Positions 1 through 5,909 of a stretch of 8,297 nt of DNA are shown piece by piece. A program made the translations under genes and the position numbers. The DNA is taken from contig NW_013657582.1 of NCBI RefSeq assembly GCF_000142905.1, positions 1 through 8,297 on the forward strand, given 5' to 3'. Below the pieces are notes generated by a model that worked only from the letters and a program-made list of their open reading frames with translations, searched no databases and was not told where the DNA came from. The stretch's first letter is position 1. Each line of letters begins with the position of its first letter. This DNA is from Thecamonas trahens ATCC 50062 (lineage: Eukaryota > Protista > Apusomonadida).

Positions 1-94
1 GGGAGGAGGGGGTGAGGAGGGAGAGGGGTTCGCTAAGCTCACGTTGGGTCTGGTGGGGGTGATGGGGATGACGGGCGGGGGGGGAGGCGTATAG
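1..94 (+). other. 3' part of a TAF9 intron (G-rich; donor lies outside the window)
   Basis: Ends in TAG at 92-94. The next bases GG-TAC-GTG give a phase-1 (C/A)GG Arg followed by Tyr-Val, restoring the conserved TAF9 'RY(V)..VL.DA' motif. Branch-like GCTCAC at 37-42. Confidence 0.75.
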
Positions 95-528
95 GGTACG
101 TGGGGCAGGTGCTTGCGGACGCTCGAGTGTACTCGACGTATGCGAGCAAGCCTGCGGTGGATCTTGCGGACGCGCGGCTTGCCATTCAGTCGCGGGCCAA
201 TGAGGCGTTCTCGCAGGTTCCTCCGCGCGACTTTCTCCTCTCACTGGCGGCCAAGAAGAACGCTGTCCCGTTGCCTGTTGTGCCGTCCGAGTATGGTGTC
301 CGTCTTCCGCCTGCGCGGAACACGCTCACTGCTGCCAACTACCAGGCACCCGGACGGGTTGTCGGCCGCAACGCCCGCGATACGCTTGCCGCCACCGTCA
401 CCGCCGACGACGACGAGGAGGTCAAGTCCAAGTCGCGCAAGCGCAAGACCATGGACGACGATCCGTACCAGCCGCACGCTGGTGTGACCGAGGACGATGA
501 TGGTGGCGCCAAGGCCATGGACATGTAA
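95..528 (+). CDS. TAF9: TFIID/SAGA subunit TAF9, terminal exon (5' partial)
   Basis: YVGQVLADARVYSTYASKPAVDLADARLAIQSRANEAFSQVPPRDFLLSLAAKKNAVPLP...GVRLPP..NTLTAANY matches the TAF9 histone-fold end and conserved C-terminal region (PPRDFLL..A..KN..PLP, RLPP..L...NY). Basic KSRKRK patch and acidic tail follow. TAA at 526-528. The GTG start at 100 in the ORF track is not a real start. Confidence 0.93.
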
Positions 529-563
529 ATCGTGCTGAAGATGATGTGGCAAGCCGAGCCTGT

Positions 564-592
564 CCCCCTCCCCTCCCCTCCTCCCCCCTCCC
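564..592 (+). repeat. C-rich polypyrimidine tract (G4-capable on the - strand)
   Basis: ccccctccctcccctcctcccccctcccc read directly. Confidence 0.85.
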
Positions 593-644
593 CAAGATAC
601 ACACACACCCCGGATACAGTCCACTCAACATTATGGCTCAAGTC

Positions 645-800
645 ACCCACTCTTTCACCATCACCATCGCCCACCACCTGCCTAGTCGCCATCACCATCG
701 GGCTACCACCACCACCACCCGCCGAGTCGCCCACCACCCGCCACTGACCAGCAGCCTCTGCCCTTGCCCCCTCTCGCCACCACCAGCCACCAGCACCACT
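645..800 (+). repeat. Degenerate (CAC/ACC)n low-complexity region upstream of RPB5
   Basis: (ACC)5 at 705-719 plus many CACCAC/CACCAT/CACCAG units. Confidence 0.8.
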
Positions 801-808
801 TGACGTCA
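801..808. promoter_or_regulatory. Perfect CRE/ATF-type palindrome TGACGTCA
   Basis: Exact palindrome ending 15 nt before the RPB5 ATG. Function is inferred only. Confidence 0.3.
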
Positions 809-823
809 CAGGGACTGGAAGCC

Positions 824-890
824 ATGGCAGACAGTGACCAGGAGTATGACAACATGTGGCGCATCTACCGCACATGCAATGAGATGCTTG
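824..890 (+). CDS. RPB5: RNA polymerase I/II/III shared subunit RPB5 (RPABC1), exon 1
   Basis: gccATGG context. MADSDQEYDNMWRIYRTCNEML resembles the RPB5 N-terminus (LWRI.RT..EM). Followed by a canonical GTATGT donor at 891, phase 1. Confidence 0.92.
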
Positions 891-1038
891 GTATGTTCCC
901 TGTGGTGGGTAGAGGGGGGGGGGGGGGGGGCCGGGGGAGAGGAAGGGGGGGGGCGGGTCATCATCTCGCCTGGAAAGTAAAGAAAGGGGGAAAGGGGGGG
1001 GGAACAACCATGGGGGGGGGGGGGGGGACAGACTCGTC

Positions 1039-1209
1039 NNNNNNNNNNNNNNNNNNNNNNNNNNNNNNNNNNNNNNNNNNNNNNNNNNNNNNNNNNNNNN
1101 NNNNNNNNNNNNNNNNNNNNNNNNNNNNNNNNNNNNNNNNNNNNNNNNNNNNNNNNNNNNNNNNNNNNNNNNNNNNNNNNNNNNNNNNNNNNNNNNNNNN
1201 NNNNNNNNN
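1039..1209. other. Assembly gap, 171 N
   Basis: Run of N between poly-G tracts and a tandem repeat. Confidence 0.99.
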
Positions 1210-1270
1210 CGTCGTCTGGTTGGTCATGGTCGTCTGGCTGGTCGTCGTCGTCTGGCTGGTCGTCGTCGTC
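1210..1270 (+). repeat. 18-nt intronic tandem repeat, 3 visible copies (consensus CGTCGTCTGGCTGGTCGT)
   Basis: Units at 1210-1227, 1228-1245 and 1246-1263, decaying into (GTC)n and then CATGGT units. Confidence 0.85.
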
Positions 1271-1371
1271 GTCCTGCTTGTGGTTGTGGTGGTTGTCATC
1301 GTCTTCATCCCGGGTTTCCATGGTCATGGTTGTCTTGGTCATGGCTCACTTCACTCATCATGCTATTCCAG

Positions 1372-1943
1372 CTGCACGTGGCTACCTTGTCTCCGAGGCC
1401 AACCTCACCATCGACGAGGCTACCTTCCGCGAGCGGTTCCCTGATCTGGAGACGATTCGCAAGGACATGGACATTGTGGTGACGCACAGCAAGAACCGGG
1501 CGGACAAGATCTTTGTCTTTTTCCCCGAGTCGGACGCGTCGTCCAAGTCGGGCGCGGTTTCGGTCAAGCACATCCGCCCCTACCTCGACCAGATGGAGAC
1601 AGAGAACATCCGGCGCTGCATCCTTGTCGTCAGCAAGGGCTTCACCTCGTTTGCCAAGCAGACTCTTGCAGAGATGTCCGCCTTCAAGGTCGAGCACTTT
1701 AACGACTCGGAGCTCCTTGTCAACATCACCAAGCACGTCCTCGTCCCCGAGCACGAAGTCCTGTCTGAGGAGGACAAGCAGGCCGTCCTCGACCGCTACC
1801 GCCTCAAGGAGTCGCAGCTGCCGCGCATGCTCTTCACCGACCCTGTCGCCCGCTTCTACGGCCTCCGCCGCGGCCAGGTCGTCAAGATCAAGCGCAAGTC
1901 CGAGACCGCAGGCCGCTACATCACCTACCGCTACGTCATCTAA
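1372..1943 (+). CDS. RPB5: RNA polymerase I/II/III shared subunit RPB5, exon 2
   Basis: RGYLV, IFVFF, ELLVNITKHVLVPEHEVLS, QLPRM..TDPVARFYGLRRGQVVKIKRKSETAGRYITYRYV are diagnostic RPB5 motifs. The spliced CDS is 639 nt (212 aa), the normal RPB5 size. Confidence 0.98.
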
Positions 1944-2020
1944 GCGCTTAAAAGCCCCTGTAATGTCGCCCCGCCCAACCCAGCATGCACTCTTGTAACA
2001 CCGCTGCAAGACTGCCCCAC

Positions 2021-2030
2021 CCAATCCAAT
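2021..2030 (+). promoter_or_regulatory. Tandem CCAAT boxes, possible UFD2 promoter element
   Basis: CCAATCCAAT about 130 nt upstream of the ATG at 2157. Function is inferred only. Confidence 0.3.
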
Positions 2031-2082
2031 TCTGCAGACACCATCGCATCGCAGGTGGCGGAGGCCGTAGCAGCGGGCGAAC

Positions 2083-2131
2083 GGAAGGGGAGGGAAGGGG
2101 GGGGGGGGGGGGAGGGAAGGGGGGGGGGGGG
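2083..2131 (+). repeat. Polypurine / poly-G tract (G16, G13), G4-capable
   Basis: GGAAGGGGAGGGAA-G16-AGGGAA-G13 read directly. Confidence 0.85.
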
Positions 2132-2156
2132 CAAGACTCGACTCACTACGACGACC

Positions 2157-5100
2157 ATGTCGGACCATGACCGAGCAGAAGACGAGACGGCGGCTGAGGG
2201 GTTTAGGGCTGGGGAAGGAGCTGGGACAGAAGCTGGCGCTGGTGCTGCTGGCGCTGCTGGGACAGAAGCTGGCGCTGGTGCTGCTGGCGCTGCTGGGACG
2301 GAAGCTGGCGCTGGTGCTGCTGGCGCTGGCGCTGCTGGCACAGAAGCCTCTGACGGTGAGGCTATTGGGGCTGGCGTTGGGGCTGGGGCTGGGGGGGAGG
2401 CGACGTTGGCATCGCTCAATCCACAGACACCCGATCAGATGCGGACGCTGCGTCTGTCGCGGTTTGGTGGTGGTAGTGGCGGCGACTCGCCGGAGCCGAA
2501 TGTGGAAGCGGTGGCAGTGCCCGAGTCGGAAGATGGTGGCGATTCCATGGTTGTGCCGCAGGCCAACGCTCCTATGGCGGCGACGCCAGTGACGCCCAAG
2601 ACGCAAGTGTTTGATCCGGCATTGTCTTTGGCATCGTCAAGTCCATCGGCTTTTGTTGCGGGCTCATCGGGGCTCACGCCAGAGCAAGTGAGGGCAAGGA
2701 GGCTGGCAAGGTTTGGCGCGGGTGGAGGGAGCAGCGGGCCAAAGGTCAAAGTGCCGCGGCGCGGGAGCGGACAGGGGACGGGCGTAGAGCACTCGACACC
2801 GGCCAGCCGGCGCAACGACGGCGATGTCCAGGGCTCACCGTCGCCGTCGCGGCTCGGGTTGTCGCCGGCCGGGGCCAACGCGACGCCGCTAGAGGTGTGG
2901 AAGGCACGGGTGGTGAATAAGTGGCTGCATCCGTCACCACCAGTGTCCGAGGATGGTCCGGTCGACGTTGATGCAGCAGTGGCTCAGGCCACGCTTGGGC
3001 GTGGTCATCCCAAGGATCCGGAGACGCCGTGGGGAAAGCCGGCGTCCGGACGGACACCACTCCATTTTCTGGTGAGCGTGTACGGGCGGGCGCAGCGGAT
3101 GGCGGCGTCGACGACGATTGCGGCGCATCCAGGCCGGCCCGAGTTTCTAGCCGAGGTCAAGAGCCTGTGCGTCTCGTACGTGTTGCTCCTCCTTGAGCAC
3201 GCGGACAGCTTCCCGCAGTCGAGGGAGAGCAAGGCTTCTGGGCCGGCTGGTCTAGTTCCATTCCTTCTCGGCGTGAGTCCAGGCATGCCGCTCCCGCCGG
3301 GCCTACTGCCGGCGATGCTGGCCGAGATCGAGACTTGGGCGAGTGAGCGGGCAGCAGCGTTTGCAGCACCGCTGTTCGAGGCGCTGTGGGCAGGTGTGAG
3401 CAAGCTGCGGTTCGAAGACTCTGAAGCCGGACTGTACGTGCGCGCGCTGGGGGCGCTGGTGGAGAGCAAGACTCTGGCGCGTGTTCTGGCGGAGCATCCG
3501 CTCTTCCTCGGCAAGGGCACGGCGATCGAAACAAAAGCCGGCTCGCTGGTGGAGAGCAGCACGCTGCTCGGCCCGTTCTTCTCACTCTCACCGCTCGACT
3601 CGCGCTCGTTTGTTGCAGTCACGTTTGGACCGTCACCAGCGCAGTCACTCGGCCTGCTCACCACCCGGCGATCGGGTGAAGTGGGCGGGACGTGGCCGTC
3701 AAGCCGCGACGAGGTTGAACGAACGCGTGCGCTGGTCGCAGCGCGGCACGAGGCGCTTGTCGCGCAGCTGCACGAAGTGGTGGACAAGGTAGTGCGGGCG
3801 GGGCCTGAGGCACGCGAAGCCTTTCTCAGCTGGATCGGACTTGTCCTCTCTTCCAACACGGCGCGGTTGCACTCCCAGCGGGCATCACCGATGGCGACAG
3901 CGAGCGAGGGCTTCTTCTTCAATCTCGCATGCGTCATGGTTGCGCTGTGCAAGCCGTTTGTGAGCAAGGGTAAGGCCAAGTTTGGCCTCATCTATCCGCA
4001 GTACCTCCTGGTCACTGACCGGGTCGATGTAAGCAGTGACACCAAAATGGCGGCGTCGTCGCGCGAGACCGAAGCGTGGATTGACGTCCGCAACCGGACG
4101 GCACAGGAGCAGTTTGAGATTGTGAGGACGCGCCAAGCGAATGAGGCGGCGTTGCGAGCCGCGGCAGCGGGCGGCGGTGCGAGCAGTAGTGCCACCAGCG
4201 GTGCCAGCGGTGCCAGCGGCACGGCCGAAGCTCACGTGAGGGTGCCGACCAAGTTCAAGTTTGTCACCGAGATGTTCTTCCTCACGCTCCGCACGTTGTA
4301 CTTTGGGCCTATGCAGACCGTGGTGCGGTACCGACAGGTTCGGTCGTCGACGCATCGGTTGATGAGCGAGATGCAGGCGATGAACGAGGGAGGGCAGCGG
4401 GCGTCGGACGCGATGGACCGTGTGGAGAGAATGATGGACGCGGCGATGGGACTGCGGCTCTCGCTGGAGACGCTTGTGCTCGACCGGCGGATTCTCAACG
4501 AGTTTATGCAGCTCTACGCGTTTACGGCGGCTTGGCTTCTCGAGCGGGCGGATCCGGATGGGGTGGGTGTGCCGCTTGCGGGCGTGCCCGAGGCGTTTGG
4601 CATGCTTCCGGAGCACATTGTGGACGATGTGGCGACGCTCTGGCACTTTGTGCTCCAGGTTGAGCCTGCGGCACTGGCTTCTGTCTCGCTCGATCTGTGC
4701 ATCTCGTTCATGATGACGCTCATCGGCAATCCAGTGCTGGTCAAGAACCCATATCTGCGAGCCAAGTTTGTGTCGGTTATGGCCGAGACGCTAGCGCAGG
4801 AGCACAGCGTGGGCCTTGCCGAGTTTGAGAGCAATGCGGTTGCGCGCGAGTGGATGGCTATCATTTTGGTCGACTTTTACGTCGACATCGAAGTGACCGG
4901 CTCCCACACGCAGTTCTACGACAAGTTCTCGGTCCGGCACGACATTGCCACGATCGTGATGCGGATGTGGGAGTCTAGCCACTTTCGCGGCGCGCTCGGC
5001 GAGGTGCCAGCCAAGTACCCCGAGTCGTTTACCCGCTTTGTCAACATGCTCCTCAACGACGCGACCTTTACACTCGACGAGTCACTGACGCGGCTGGCGC

Positions 5101-5888
5101 AAATCCGCGAGCTTGAGGTGCAGCGCGAGGATGGCCAAGGATGGAGTGCGCTGAGCGGGGAGGGTAGGGCGGCAGCCGAGGCGCGCGAGGGCGAGCTCCG
5201 GTCGGCAGTACGGTCGTATATGGTGCTAGCCAACGAGAGTGTCAAGGTCCTTGCACTCCTTGCGCAAGACATCCATGCGCCGCTGGTGGCGCCTGCGCTC
5301 GCCGACCACCTTGCAACAGTGCTCAACTCGGTGATGGCCTCGCTTGTCGGCCCGCACTGCCTCGAGCTCAAGATCGCGCGGCCTGAGCAGGTCTCGTTTG
5401 ATCCGCGAGCGCTGCTCTCGGACGTGGCGTCGGTGTACGCGGCGCTGGCGGGCGAGGAGGCGTTCCGGCGGGCAGTGGTCCGTGATGAGCGCTCGTTCTC
5501 GCTCTCTGTCTTTGACAAGATGCTCAAGGTCGGCTCGCGGAACTCGCTGGTGACGAGCGTACAGCTGGCGGTGCTCGCCGAGCTCCGGCAGCAGCTCGAG
5601 GCGTCGTCGGCCGAGTCGAGCGCGCTTGACGAGCTCCTGGACGACGTGCCGGACGAGTTCCTAGACCCGCTGATGGCAACGCTTATGCGCGATCCGGTTA
5701 TTCTCCCGTCATCGCGGGTGAGCGTCGACCGGTCAACCATCACGCGGCACCTGCTCTCGGACGAGAGTGATCCGTTCAACCGGCAGCCGCTCACGCTCGA
5801 CCAAGTGATCCCGGACGAGGCGCTGAAGGCGCGGATCGAAGCGTGGATCGCGGCACGAGTGAGTGCTGGGAAGGAAGAGGTTGGGTAG
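2157..5888 (+). CDS. UFD2: U-box ubiquitin conjugation factor E4 (Ufd2/UBE4B-like), 1243 aa from the first in-frame ATG
   Basis: Ufd2 core motifs FVTEMFFLT, NPYLRAKFV, FYVDIEVTGSHTQFYDKFSVRH, RFVNMLLNDATFTLDESL and LVGP.C.ELK. C-terminal U-box DVPDEFLDPLMATLMRDPVILPSS..VDRSTI.RHLLSD..DPFNRQPL at about 5643-5850. The start is less certain than the identity. Confidence 0.96.
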   Translation: MSDHDRAEDETAAEGFRAGEGAGTEAGAGAAGAAGTEAGAGAAGAAGTEAGAGAAGAGAAGTEASDGEAIGAGVGAGAGGEATLASLNPQTPDQMRTLRLSRFGGGSGGDSPEPNVEAVAVPESEDGGDSMVVPQANAPMAATPVTPKTQVFDPALSLASSSPSAFVAGSSGLTPEQVRARRLARFGAGGGSSGPKVKVPRRGSGQGTGVEHSTPASRRNDGDVQGSPSPSRLGLSPAGANATPLEVWKARVVNKWLHPSPPVSEDGPVDVDAAVAQATLGRGHPKDPETPWGKPASGRTPLHFLVSVYGRAQRMAASTTIAAHPGRPEFLAEVKSLCVSYVLLLLEHADSFPQSRESKASGPAGLVPFLLGVSPGMPLPPGLLPAMLAEIETWASERAAAFAAPLFEALWAGVSKLRFEDSEAGLYVRALGALVESKTLARVLAEHPLFLGKGTAIETKAGSLVESSTLLGPFFSLSPLDSRSFVAVTFGPSPAQSLGLLTTRRSGEVGGTWPSSRDEVERTRALVAARHEALVAQLHEVVDKVVRAGPEAREAFLSWIGLVLSSNTARLHSQRASPMATASEGFFFNLACVMVALCKPFVSKGKAKFGLIYPQYLLVTDRVDVSSDTKMAASSRETEAWIDVRNRTAQEQFEIVRTRQANEAALRAAAAGGGASSSATSGASGASGTAEAHVRVPTKFKFVTEMFFLTLRTLYFGPMQTVVRYRQVRSSTHRLMSEMQAMNEGGQRASDAMDRVERMMDAAMGLRLSLETLVLDRRILNEFMQLYAFTAAWLLERADPDGVGVPLAGVPEAFGMLPEHIVDDVATLWHFVLQVEPAALASVSLDLCISFMMTLIGNPVLVKNPYLRAKFVSVMAETLAQEHSVGLAEFESNAVAREWMAIILVDFYVDIEVTGSHTQFYDKFSVRHDIATIVMRMWESSHFRGALGEVPAKYPESFTRFVNMLLNDATFTLDESLTRLAQIRELEVQREDGQGWSALSGEGRAAAEAREGELRSAVRSYMVLANESVKVLALLAQDIHAPLVAPALADHLATVLNSVMASLVGPHCLELKIARPEQVSFDPRALLSDVASVYAALAGEEAFRRAVVRDERSFSLSVFDKMLKVGSRNSLVTSVQLAVLAELRQQLEASSAESSALDELLDDVPDEFLDPLMATLMRDPVILPSSRVSVDRSTITRHLLSDESDPFNRQPLTLDQVIPDEALKARIEAWIAARVSAGKEEVG
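2220..2347 (+). repeat. 36-nt coding tandem repeat, 3 full copies plus a partial (AGTEAGAGAAGA)
   Basis: Units at 2220-2255, 2256-2291 and 2292-2327 are identical except for one synonymous A>G at 2300. Partial copy at 2334-2347. Confidence 0.95.
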
Positions 5889-5909
5889 GGAAGGGCTGTA
5901 TAAACAGTG

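Larger units (their letters stand above)
891..1371 (+). other. RPB5 intron (contains the assembly gap)
   Basis: GTATGT...GGCTCAC (1343-1349)...TTCCAG (ends 1371). Splicing yields EML-A-A-RGYLV, matching the conserved EM..DRGY motif. G17 run at 914-930 and G16 run at 1012-1027. Confidence 0.88.

Noticed and set aside
806-1342. - strand ORFs with QPDDDD or TTTTSQ repeats
   Set aside because: These are translations of the intronic 18-nt repeat. They stay open only because of low complexity and Ns, and have no recognisable domain.
1278-1371. N-terminus MWLWWLSSSS... of the RPB5 ORF in the track
   Set aside because: Intronic sequence. The true N-terminus is exon 824-890.
764-1444. 226-aa + strand ORF spanning the gap
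   Set aside because: It is RPB5 exon 1 read through the intron and Ns. The poly-Gly and poly-Val stretches come from intronic repeats.
2055-2156. GTG-initiated extension of UFD2 (MAEAVAAGERKGREGGGG...)
   Set aside because: Non-ATG start in a eukaryote that runs through poly-G homopolymers, so more likely non-coding.
2220-2327. 36-nt repeats as a CRISPR array
   Set aside because: Units are head-to-tail with no spacers, lie in frame within a eukaryotic CDS, and no cas genes are present.
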